The notes under the pieces: generated by a model
The model's database searches: none
Seen by the model: only the letters and a program-made list of their open reading frames with translations
Told to the model about the DNA's origin: nothing
Source of the DNA: Azolla caroliniana
Taxonomy: Eukaryota > Plantae > Polypodiophyta
Reading direction: 5' to 3'
Length of the DNA stretch: 64,000 nt
Assembly (NCBI GenBank): GCA_043228905.1
Contig: JBHGNT010000014.1
Span: forward strand, 13,082,001-13,146,000
Made by a program: the position numbers and the translations under genes
Part shown: in pieces, positions 52,661 to 64,000 of the stretch
How positions within the stretch are numbered: the first letter of the stretch is position 1
Layout of the letters: every line of letters begins with the position of its first letter

Positions 52661-52891
52661 TGTTACGGGCAGGACAATATAATATCCCGTGGTGAAAATG
52701 TGCCGTAGTAATCTTTACACTCTCGTTTAACCCTCACACTTTGTCCACATGTATAGAATACTATGGTACATGCTCACCACGGTATATTATATGGTCATGC
52801 ATGTAACATATAACCCTCACACTTTATCCACGTGTATAGAATACTACGATACATTCTCACCACGGGATATTATATGGTCATGCCCGTAACA
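52661..52891. mobile_element. 231-bp element with ~60-bp terminal inverted repeats, TGT..ACA ends and a duplicated right end
   Basis: tgttacgggca..atataatatcccgtggtga..gtagta vs tactac..tcaccacgggatattatat..tgcccgtaaca; flanks cccaa/ctcaa. Confidence 0.65.
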
Positions 52892-53417
52892 CTCAAGCCA
52901 CCATTGGTTTGCCAAAGCACATTATGGATGGGAACCCCAAGAAGTAGCTCCTCTTCCATACATACCACCTTTTTAGGACCACCAAGCAATTGATGGCCCA
53001 GCTGGTAATGTGGGAAAGAATCCCCTCCAAGCTTTTCTAGAGCTAGGGGTAGGACTACGGCACAACTACAAGAACACTCACATGTCTTGATGTGTGTAAA
53101 GAATCAGATATGATTCTTGTGTAGCAGAAGAGATGTGTGTTATGTGTATGTGTGAGAGGAATTAGAGAAGAGAATAGAAACACAAGATAGATAAGGTAGA
53201 GAAAGGAAATACTCAAGAAGAAGATGTATATTCACAAGTAGAATGAGAAATGAAAATGTAGCATTACAAGGAGTCACAATCGACTTAGTATGAAGTATGA
53301 GGAGGGTGCTTTATATAGAGTCACCCTCTCTCTTCATTAACTTTACAACAACCACTCTCTCTCTCTTGGGGAATGTGAAGACTCATAGTCATGGGGAATA
53401 TGTAACTCATTAGTTAT

Positions 53418-53836
53418 TGTTAGGAAACAGGTCCCTCTGGATGGGAAGTGAGAAGAACAGTGTTGATGAGAAACTCGGCTGAGGCCGATAGGCCGAGGCC
53501 TAAACCGGATCAGGAGTACCCGGCTACAGAAGACCCAGTGAGAACCGGATGTGGAGTACCTGGCTACGGAAGACCCAGTGAGAACAGGATGTGGAGTACC
53601 CGGCTACGGAAGACCCGATGAGAACCGGATGACGAGTGCCCGGAAAGCGCCGGATGATGCAGGCCCGGTGAGGAGTGCTCACCGGATGAAGGGACATATT
53701 CGTAAATATGTTTCTGAGAGTCCATCGGGGCTATATTTGTAAATAGCCGAAAAGTCATATTAGTATAAATATGACTTAGGGCAAACTTAGTAGGTTGTTG
53801 TCATTCTTGTTGGCGCAAGATTAGAGCGCAACAGTG

Positions 53837-53882
<46 letters not shown>

Positions 53883-54154
53883 CGATGAGTTCGTATCTCT
53901 GTTGTAACCGCCACCTGTGGCGAAGACAGTGAACAAGAGGTCATTGCCTCTGTGTTCATCCATTGTATATTGTTACATAGTGATAGTTATCAGTCAGTGG
54001 ACTGCCGTGGTTTTTCCCGTGTTTGGGTTTTCCACGTAAACATCCTGTGTACTCTTCTCTCCATTGTGTCATGCATTCATTCCCGTTTTCTGTGTTTGAT
54101 TCTAAGCTTGGTTGTGGCTGAGCGTTGTTCATTAGGAGCGCGTAGTTCCTGTCA
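53418..54154 (+). mobile_element. 737-bp solo LTR of the B/D copia family in the 3' LTR of C
   Basis: Perfect TSD gttat; TG..CA; shares acaggtccctc.ggatgggaag and tttgtaaatagccgaaaagtcatattagtataaatatgacttagggcaaac with the D LTRs. Confidence 0.92.
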
Positions 54155-57100
54155 GTTATGTGTCATAGAATATGATTCTATGACACATAGTTAATGTGTA
54201 GAGAGTAGTGGTGTGACTCTTGACCTTTGAATAATCATAGATTCTCAAAAGCTGTGTTCACACGTTGTGCTATGTTGAGCTTGATTCTCAACATGCCCCC
54301 TCAAGCTCAACTCGGGTTGGTTCCTTTCGATTGATGTCCGCTTCGGTTGGTATCCGGTTCGGACAATCTCCGGTGTCCGCTTCGGCTCGTACCCGGTTCG
54401 GACGGTATCTGGTTGTCGCTTGTACTCCCCCTCAAGCTTGGCAAGTCAAGTTGCTTGAGGCCGTAGAGAGGTTTCTTGAGTTGGCATACGACTTTTGGAT
54501 GAATGCGCGATTCAAAGCCGGGTGGTTGTACCATGTACACCTCCTCGTCCAATTCGCCTTGAAGAAAGGCGTTGTTGACATCCATTTGGTGGAGGTGCGA
54601 CCCTTTAGCCGCCGCGAGTGCAATTACGGTCCGCACAGTCGTCATCTTTGCCACCGGGGCAAATGTTTCTTCGTAGTCGACGCCATGTGTTTGTGTGTAT
54701 CCTTTTGTTACGAGTCGAGCTTTGTAGCGGTTGATGGAGCCATCAACATTATACTTCACCTTGTAGATCCATCTACATCCGATCGCCTTCCTATGCGGTG
54801 AGTGGGGAACGAGATCCCATGTGTCATTCTTGCGTAGTGCATGCATCTCCTTGTTCATTGCTTCGATCCATTGCAGGTCCTCCATGGCTTCGGAAGAGGT
54901 TTCCGGCTCGCGTACTGTTGCGACCTTCATCATAAAGGCGTAATGGAATGCCATATAATCGTTGTGGCCGAATCGGCTTACGGGGTTCTTTTCACGGGCG
55001 GATCGACGGAGCTTCTGGTTTGCGGATACTACGGCGTTCTCCACTCCATTTGTTCGCATCTCAAGTTCTTCGAACTCACTATCGAGGGAGTGAGTCGATT
55101 CGTTGCCGTCGAAGTGATCGTCTTCATACTCCAGCATTTTTACCTTCCCTTTGTCCATCTTCAGACTCGGCCGAGATGTGCTTTGATCGCTCGGGGGTTC
55201 TTGTGGTCTGCTCAGTCGGGTCGTGATCGGACTTTCTTCGAACATGTGTGTAAAGTGATCTTCATCCTCTATCTCTTGTTCAGCGGATTCCGGGTCGAGG
55301 TTGTCTCTGGTGCGTACCAGGATGCGGACTCGTAAAAAACAATGTCTCGACTTACTCGAGATTTTCGAGTTGAGGGGTTGTAGCACTTGTACCCCTTTTG
55401 CTCCAGTGAGTATCCTACGAGGATACATTTCTTCGTCTTCGGGTCAAGCTTTTGACGCTTCTCGTCGGGGATGTGCACGTACGCAATGGAGCCGAATATC
55501 CGACAATGCGATAGGTCCGGCTTCTTTCCGAAGAACTTCTCGTGTGGAGTAAGTTAGTGCACACCCGATGTCGTACACCGATTCATAAGATAGACGGCTG
55601 TGTTAGTTGCTTCCGCCCAATACGATTTTGGCATGTGCTTTTCGTTAAGCATAGCCCGTGCCACTTTGAGGATGTGCCGATTCTTGTGTTCGGCCACTCC
55701 ATTTTGTTGTAGCATATGTTGACATGAAAACTCTCGCCGTATTCCTTCTTTCCGTAGAAACACCGAAAATTTGTTGGAGAAGTACTCCTTGCCTCCATCT
55801 GACCAAAGACATCATACATGTCGGCCCGTGCCTTTCTTGACTTCATTCTTAAATTTTTGGAAGTGTCCGAACACTTTGCTCTTTTGTCGCATTGGGTAGA
55901 TCCAAGTGTGCCTAGAGAAGTCGTCGATGAAGGTCATGTAGTATTGACTTCCGCCGAATGTCGCCGTTTGAGCCGGACCCCATACATCGGAATGTATTAC
56001 GTCGAGTACGCCTTTGCTCACATTCCGCTCCTTTGGAAATGGGTGCCGATGTTGCTTGCCGAATTGGCAAGCGGCACACATGCCTTCAATCTATTTCTCT
56101 GTCAATGTCGGGAGCCCGATGACGACTCCTTTCGATTGCATTGCCTTGAGCTTTTGGAGGTTGATATGGCCAATCTGCTTGTGCCATAACTCTATGTCGG
56201 AATCGGCTTTCATGCCCTTTGTGAACATGGCCGATTTCATCTCGTGTGAGTCGAGAATGAACATTCGGCCCTCTCTTTGTCCGCGAGCGATGAGTCGGCC
56301 CTCTTTTTTGATGAAGCAACCACCTTGATTAAATCGAACTTGCATTCCTTGCTCTACAATTTGGCCGATGGAGACCAAATTCTTCGTGATAGTTGGTACA
56401 TGCAAGACATTTTTAATGTAAGTTTGCTTACCTTCTTCTCCGAACGGAACATTGCCGATGTGCCGAATCGGGTGCGTAGTGTCGTCTCCGGTTTCGACAT
56501 AGCCGGGTCGGTCCGGCTCTCGAAGTTCTCGGAACCATTCTTGATGCGAGGTCTTATGGTTTGAGGCACTAGAATCGACGAACCATACGTCTTTCGGACT
56601 GGAGGCACTAGTAGAAGTAGAGGCTGACATAGAATTCGCTCTATGTCTCATCACGAACATTCCGCCGCGATTGTCATAGTCGGAGTTGATGGCGTAGTTG
56701 GTGAGTTGTCGGCTAGTGGAAGCCGACTCGCGTATCGTCTTACGACATTCTTCTTCGTGGTGGCCGATTTTTACGCAATATCTACATTCGACCGACCTTT
56801 GTCAGTTCGGACCAGAATGGAAGCTCCCCCTTCTTCCGAAGGTTCCTCGATGGCTTCCGTCTTGATACCGAAATTGCGAGTTGTTTTCGTAAGTTGGGCC
56901 TCGTCCGCCTCGTCCTTGGCCGAATCGACCTCTTCTTGCACGACCGCGTCCTCTTCCTCCGTCCGAATGTGTGTAGAGCATTTGGCCATCCGAGGCACTA
57001 CTCCTTGTTCGAACATGGTTTTCTTCGACCAACAACATGGATTGAAGATTGAAGAACGAGGGCGGATTCTCCAGTGTGAGTACGGCGGTCCGCATCGCGC

Positions 57101-58135
57101 CGAATCTTGGTGCAAGGCTGCCGAGGCATATTTGCACCATCTTGTCATCCTCCATGTTTACACTTATTGAGCCGAGAGAATCACAAAGCTCCTTGATATT
57201 CAAGGTGTAGCTTGTGATAGACATATCCCTTTGTTGGATATTATTCAACTCTTGGCGGAGTTGAAGCTTTCTCGAGGTAGTGTTGGCGGCGAAAATCTTT
57301 CGTAGATTCTCCCACGCTTCCTTCGGTGTCTTGGTTTCTCGAATGTACCCGAGCATGTGGTCGTGAACACATGTCGCCAAGCAATACATCACTCGGCTTG
57401 CCGCTTGCTCCCACGTTGCATAGTCGGCGTCTTCCGGGTTGGGCTAATTTTCTTGTGCTCCTTTGATGTAGCTCCAATAGCCTTGGCCGACAAGATATTG
57501 GTGCATCTTGTACTCCCAAGATGCAAAGTTGTTGCGATCCAACTGCTCGCTAGGGAGAGCGCTCCCCATTTGAGTATTCATTGTCGATGTAGATTTCTTC
57601 CTTCTTTCCTTTTCCTTCTCTCTCGAACACCAGCTATGTAGTCGCACTACGATAGCGATGAGCCGGTTCTTCTTGAACGTCGGTGTAGAGCACAACACAC
57701 GATCACGATGAGGCGAGTGGGCTAGATCGAGCTACCAAATCGCTCTGATACCATGTAAAGAATCGGATATGATTCTTGTGTGGCGGAAGAGATGTGTGTT
57801 ATGTGTATGTGTGAGAGGAATTAGAGAAGAGAATAGAAACACAAGATAGATAAGGTAGAGAAATGAAATACTCAAGAAGAAGATGTATATTCACAAGTAG
57901 AATGAGAAATGAAAATGTAGCATTACAAGGAGTCACAATCGACTTAGTATGAAGTATGAGGAGGGTGCTTTATATAGAGTCACCCTCTCTCTTCATTAAC
58001 TTTACAACAACCACTCTCTCTCTCTTGGGGAATGTGAAGACTCATAGTCATGGGGAATATGTAACTCATTAGTTATGTGTCATAGAATATGATTCTATGA
58101 CACATAGTTAATGTGTAGAGAGTAGTGGTGTGACT

Positions 58136-61100
58136 TGTTGGTAGACAGGTCCCTCCGGATGGGAAGGGAGAAGAACAGTGCCGACGAACAAACTCGGCCG
58201 AGGCCGACAGGCCGAGGCCGAAACGGAGAGCCGGATGGTGTAGGCCCGGTATGAACCGGATGAGGAGTACCCGACTTCGGAGAGTCGGATGGTGTAGGCC
58301 CGGTATGAACCGGATGAGGAGTACCCGACTGCGGAGAGCCGGATGGAGCCCATCGAGGCTACATTTGTAAATAGCCGAAAAGTCATATTAGTATAAATAT
58401 GACTTAGGGCAAACTTTTAGTTGTAGTCGTTTTTGTTGTTATTCTTCCTTGTTGGTGCAAGAAGAAATCAGAGCGCGTAACTGTACACCGAGAGAGAGAG
58501 AGAGAGAGACGAGATCGTTGCCTCTGTTGTAACCGCCGCCTGTGGCGAAGATCTGAGAGCACGAGGTCGTTGCCTCAGTGATCTCACTGTTGTATATTTC
58601 TACATTGTGACAGTTTGCAGCTTGTGTGCTGCCGTGGTTTTTTCCCCTATCTTGGGGTTTTCCACATATACCTCCTGTGTACCATTTCTTCTCATTTGTG
58701 TCGCGTTTCATTACCTGTTTTTCTGTGTATGAAAAGAATCTCGGTTGTGGCCGAGCGTCGGACATAAGGAACGTCAAGTTCTCAACAAGTGGTATCAGAG
58801 CAAAATCGACACAGAAAATGGACGAATCGTTTGGCGGCATGTTCAAGCTCACCGGCTCCAACTATTCAGTGTGGAAGTCGAAGATGAGGGACATGCTCGT
58901 GGTTAAAGACCTCTGGCTGCCGGTTCAGTTCGGGGACAAGAGACCGGACAAAATCGACGCCGCGATATGGGAGGTGATGCACATGAAGACAACGGCGTAC
59001 ATACGGTGCTTCATCGACATGAGCCTGTACAACAACTTCAATGAAGAGAGCAAGGCTCATGAGCTCTGGGAGAAGATCGGCATAATGTTCCAGAACAAAA
59101 ATGCTGTCAATCAGGTGTCGGTATTCCGGAAGCTAGTAAGACTCCGGTACCAAGATGGCTTCAGCATGGCGGAGCATATGAATGCCTTCCAGGGGCTGAT
59201 TCACCAGGCAACGTCATTGGAAGTACCTCTTGCCAATGAGGTCCTAGCACTACTCCTGCTCGGTTCCCTCCCGGATAGCTGGGAGACGTTGGTTGTCACT
59301 TTGGGCAACGCCGGGCCGGAAGGAAAACGGTTATCCCTAGCAAGAGTCAAGTCGAGCTTGCTAGATGAGGAGGCTCGTCGGAAAGACAAAGATACGAGCT
59401 CCGACTCCAAAGCGCTCCTTACCGAATCGGAACGCGGAAGATATAGAAACCGTAGTCCCCAGAACCGGGAGAAGTCGGGGACACGGTCAAAGTCAAGGGG
59501 GAGGCCTACTTGCTTCTATTGCGGCAAGCCGGGACACTTCCAAAAGAACTGTCGGCATTTCCGTAAAGACAAGGAAACCGACGGTACTGATTCGAAGCAA
59601 ACCCCGAACCGGAACGGTACAGACCGGAACGGTAAAGACCAGAGGGGGCCGGACCGGAAGGGAACGACGGCAATTGCGGCAAGTGAAGAGGAGTTGATGC
59701 TCATCACCGAGGAGAGTGAGATAAACCATGCCGGCGATGAGATGACCTGGGTGGTAGACTCCGGAGTGTCGTTCCACCTTACCCCGGACCGGAAATGCTT
59801 CTCATCCTACTCAGCCGGTGATCACGGCTGTGTCCGGATGGGGAACGAAGGAACATGCCGAATTGTCGGCATACGAGACGTGTGGTTGACAACACCAACC
59901 GGATGCAAGTTGCTGTTGAAAGATGTCTGACACGTTCCGGAAGTTCGTCTGAACCTGATATCAGCCGGTCGGCTAGATGATGAAGGCTACACGGGTAGCA
60001 TCCGGAACGGTGTCATGAAGTTCAGCAAAGGGAGCCTGATTGTGGCTCGGGCCCGTAAGGTAAACACACTGTACCTGATGAATGTCCGGTTATGTCCGGA
60101 AGAAGTGAACGTGGCTTCCGACACTGCCGGTGAGCTGTGGCACAAGAGGCTATGTCACATGAGTGAGAAGGGGATGAAGAGGCTTGCAGAAGACAACCTC
60201 ATTCCAGTGAAGAACGTGCATTTAGAGAAGTGCACTGATTGTCTGGCCGGTAAGCAGAACCGGACCTCCTTCCGACCAAGGCCACCGATGAGACGTAATG
60301 CACCACTGGAGTTGGTGCATACGGATGTTTGTCAAGTAGACACGAAGTCACATGCCGGAGCGCAGTACTTCGTGACGTTCATAGATGACCACAACCGGAA
60401 GCTGTGGGCCACACCGCTGAAGACGAAGGATCAGGTGTTATCAGTCTTCAAAGAGCTCCACGCGAGAGTGGAAAGAGAAACCGGCCGGAAGCTGCCGGGG
60501 GCAGTTCGAGGAGTACTGCCGCTCGAAGGGAATCCGGCTCGAATTTACCGTGCCGAAGATGCCGGAACTAAACGGACTGGCCGAGAGGATGAACCGGACC
60601 ATAATGGAGAGGGTCCGGAGTATGCTAGCGCATGCAAAACTACCCAAGAAGTTTTGGGCTGAGGCACTGTCGACGGCGACATATGTGATAAACAGATCAC
60701 CCTCAGTACCCTTGGACGGAGACACGCCACAGAGAGTATGGACCGGTAAGGAAGTGTCCTACCGGCATCTGAGGGTGTTCGGGTGTCTCGCGTACGTGCA
60801 TGTGGCAAAGGACCGGAGAGGAAAGTTAGATCCAAAGACCCGGCCATGCATATTCCTCGGTTACGGTGACGATGAGTTCGGCTACCGAGTGTGGGACCCG
60901 GTCGACAAGAAGGTATTCCGGAGTCGAGATATTATCTTCATGGAGGACAAGACGCTCGACGACTGGGAGTCGGAGAAGAAGATAATGAACTCCGAGTCGA
61001 CCGGTAAGGATAGACTCTACAATGAGCAGACCCAACCGGCAAGAGACCGGTCAGCACTCGAGGAACCAGCCGGTTACGGTGAGGATACCGAACCGGCAGA

Positions 61101-63294
61101 AGAAGAAGTAGAGGAAGCTGAGACCGGAACCGGTCAAGACCCCGAATCGGATTCGGATGAAGAGCAAATGGAGGAAGCTGAGACCGGAACCAGTCAAGAC
61201 CCCGAATCGGATTCGGATGAAGAGAAAATGGAGGAACCGGTTACCGAAGCCCGAAGACGTAGATATCCTCTCAGAGAGAGAAGGGTGCCCCGGAGATTTC
61301 CGGATGCAGAGCATGTCCTGCTGACCGATGAGGGGGAGCCGGAAAGCTTCGAAGAAGCGAAGGAAGACACCCACAGCCGAAAATGGTTAAGTGCCATGCA
61401 GGATGAGATGGATTCCCTGCATGAGAACCATACGTACGAATTGGTGGAGCTGCCGAAAGGAAAGCGGGCACTCCGAAACAAGTGGGTGTTCAAGTTGAAA
61501 CCGGGAGATGCCAGCAACCCCCCGAGATACAAAGCCAGGATCGTGGTGAAGGGGTTCCAGCAGAAGAAGGGCGTGGACTTCGATGAAATATTCGCCCCGG
61601 TAGTAAAGATGACCTCCATCCGGACGGTGCTGAGTATAGCAGCAAGCATGGACCTCGAGGTAGAGCAGCTGGACGTGAAGACGACATTCCTTCATGGCGA
61701 CCTCGAAGAGGAGATCTACATGCAGCAACCAGAAGGATTTGTGGAGAAAGGGAAGGAGCACCTGGTATGCCGGTTGAAGAAGAGCCTATACGGACTGAAG
61801 CAGGCTCCCCGGCAATGGTACCGGAAGTTCGACTCCTTCATGACCGATCAAGGGTACCACAAGACGCAGGCCGATCACTGCGTGTTTGTGAAGAAGTTCG
61901 AAGGAGGGGACTTCCTGATACTTCTCATGTACGTGGATGACATGTTGATCGTCGGACGAGACCAAGGCAAAATACGGATGCTGAAGAAGGCTCTCAACCG
62001 GACCTTCTCAATGAAAGACTTGGGTCCGGCAAGACAGATGTTGGGGATGCACATCATTCGGGACCGGTCAGTGAAGCAATTATGGCTGTCACAGGAGAAG
62101 TATGTGACAAGGGTGCTTCACCGGTTCAACATGTCAGATGCAAAACCGGTCGGATCGACACTTCCGGCAAACTGCAAGTTGTCCGGCAAGCAAAGCCCGA
62201 AGACAAAAGGAGAGAAGGAAGATATGATGAAGATTCCATATGCCTCTGCCGTCGGGAGCTTGATGTACGCAATGGTTTGTACCCGACCGGACATTGGATA
62301 CGCAGTCGGAGTGGTGAGCCGGTTCATGAGTAATCCCGGCAAGGAGCATTGGAACGCGGTCAAATGGATACTCCGGTATTTGAAGGGCACTTCAAATATG
62401 TGTCTCCGATTCGGCTCCGGAAAACCTCAACTGGACGGTTTCACCGATTCGGACATGTTGGCTGATGTGGATACCAGCCGGTCTACATCCGGGTATGTGA
62501 TGACATATGCAGGGGGAGCTGTTTCGTGGCAGTCGAGGCTGCAGAAGACGGTTGCATTGTCAACCACAGAGGCGGAGTACATGGCGGCTGTAGAAGCAGG
62601 CAAGGAAATATTATGGATGAAGGACTTCATTGGAGAGCTCGGTATCCGACAACAGGAATACCGACTCTATTGCGACAGTCAAAGTGCCATCCACCTTGCT
62701 AAGAATGCGGTCTACCATTCCCGGACGAAGCATATCCAGCGGAGGTATCACTGGATCCGGGAAAGGGTAGATGACCAGGAGTTCGCACTTGCGAAGATCC
62801 ACACGGCCGAGAACGAGTCAGATATGCTGACCAAAGTGCTGACACCCGACAAGCTGGACGCATGCCGGAAGAGGATCGGGCTGGAAAGACACCCCATGCC
62901 GGAGTGAAGGGGGAGTTTGTTGGTAGACAGGTCCCTCCGGATGGGAAGGGAGAAGAACAGTGTCGACGAACAAACTCAGCCGAGGCCAACAGGCCAAGGC
63001 CGAAACGGAGAGCCGGATGGTGTAGGCCCGGTATGAACCGGATGAGGAGTACCCGACTTCGGAGAGTCGGATGGTGTAGGCCCGGTATGAACCGGATGAG
63101 GAGTACCCGACTGAGGAGAGCCGGATGAGGAGTACCCGACTGCGGAGAGCCGGATGGAGCCCATCGAGGCTACATTTGTAAATAGCCGAAAAGTCATATT
63201 AGTATAAATATGACTTAGGGCAAACTTTTAGTTGTAGTCGTTTTTGTTGTTATTCTTCCTTGTTGGTGCAAGAAGAAATCAGAGCGCGTAACTG

Positions 63295-63333
<39 letters not shown>

Positions 63334-63610
63334 GAGGTCGTTGCCTCTGTTGTAACCGCCGCCTGTGGCGAAGATCTGAGAGCACGAGGTCGTTGCCTCA
63401 ATGATCTCACTGTTGTATATTTCTACATTGTGACAGTTTGCAGCTTGTGGGCTGCCGTGGTTTTTTCCCCTATCTTGGGGTTTTCCACGTATACCTCCTG
63501 TGTACCATTTCTTCTCATTTGTGTCGCGTTTCATTACCTGTTTTTCTGTGTATGAAAAGAATCTCGGTTGTGGCCGAGCGTCGGACATAAGGAACGTCGA
63601 GTTCCCAACA
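58136..63610 (+). mobile_element. Full-length Ty1/copia element D (B family) in the 5' LTR of C: LTRs 58136-58787 and 62918-63610, gag-pol 58818-62907
   Basis: Perfect TSD tgact; PBS tggtatcagagc 58790-58801; PPT gaagggggagtt; premature TGA at 59928; ~32-nt frameshifting deletion at ~60494 removing the integrase RADNGGE motif. Confidence 0.97.
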
Positions 63611-64000
63611 TGACTCTTGCCCTTTGAGTAATCATAGATTCTCAAAAGCTGTGTTCACATGTTGTGCTATATTGAGCTTGATTCTCAACAATGTGCAATA
63701 TGCAAAGGGGAGAAAAAACACCAAGATCATCAAGTTTTGCAAAAGGCTAGGGGTCAAAGGAAAATGAGATTTAAAAAATATCAAAATATAGCTCAAATGA
63801 TAAGAGCTATGCATTGGAACAACAAAGGTGAAGGGTTTGATATCCATAAAGTGCCATGGAGGGGAAAATGATTTGCAGTGCTTGAGTGAGGAAGGGAAAA
63901 TGTGTTGTAAATATGAACATGATAATGCACTATTTTTATTAAATTGGCAAAGGAGCCCAAAAATGCCATAAAATATGTAAGACAACTCATTATTTAGTTT

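Larger units (their letters stand above)
53095..63690 (-). mobile_element. Ty1/copia element C (related to A), defective; 3' LTR 53095-54293 and 5' LTR 57754-63690, each 457 bp net and each interrupted
   Basis: Perfect TSD atgtg; PBS rc at 57742-57753; PPT rc at 54294-54305; gag MGSALPSEQLDRNNFASWEYKMHQYL, protease, integrase, RT N-half; RT C-half and RNase H deleted (LYGLKQ|LDLPSLRG). Confidence 0.95.

Overview
Repeat-rich land-plant nuclear DNA, probably from a fern or another seed-free plant (inferred from the PPR style and element types). Two host genes look intact: the last five exons of an LRR-I-type receptor-like kinase (708-2310) and a four-exon germin/spherulin-like cupin (9199-10224). 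Three are pseudogenes: a PLS-PPR retrocopy with a 10-bp target site duplication (TSD), fragments of a plastid-glucose-transporter-like gene, and a CYP72-clan P450 with one exon split by an 11.9-kb, four-level nest of LTR retroelements. The rest is L1 and RTE-type LINE remnants, Ty3/gypsy remnants, a 1.7-kb foldback element, a ~4.75-kb TIR element with a palindrome array, and a second nest of Ty1/copia elements (53095-63690). Strongest leads: (i) antisense tRNA-like A/B-box modules in the U3 of two dissimilar LTRs; (ii) one copia family inserted three times, always antisense, into a second copia family, twice beside the same LTR hairpin; (iii) a CGATRC-N3-GYATCG palindrome arrayed in two different DNA elements; (iv) an apparent capsid swap between sister copia elements. 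All coordinates, translations and identities were read by eye and need computational confirmation.
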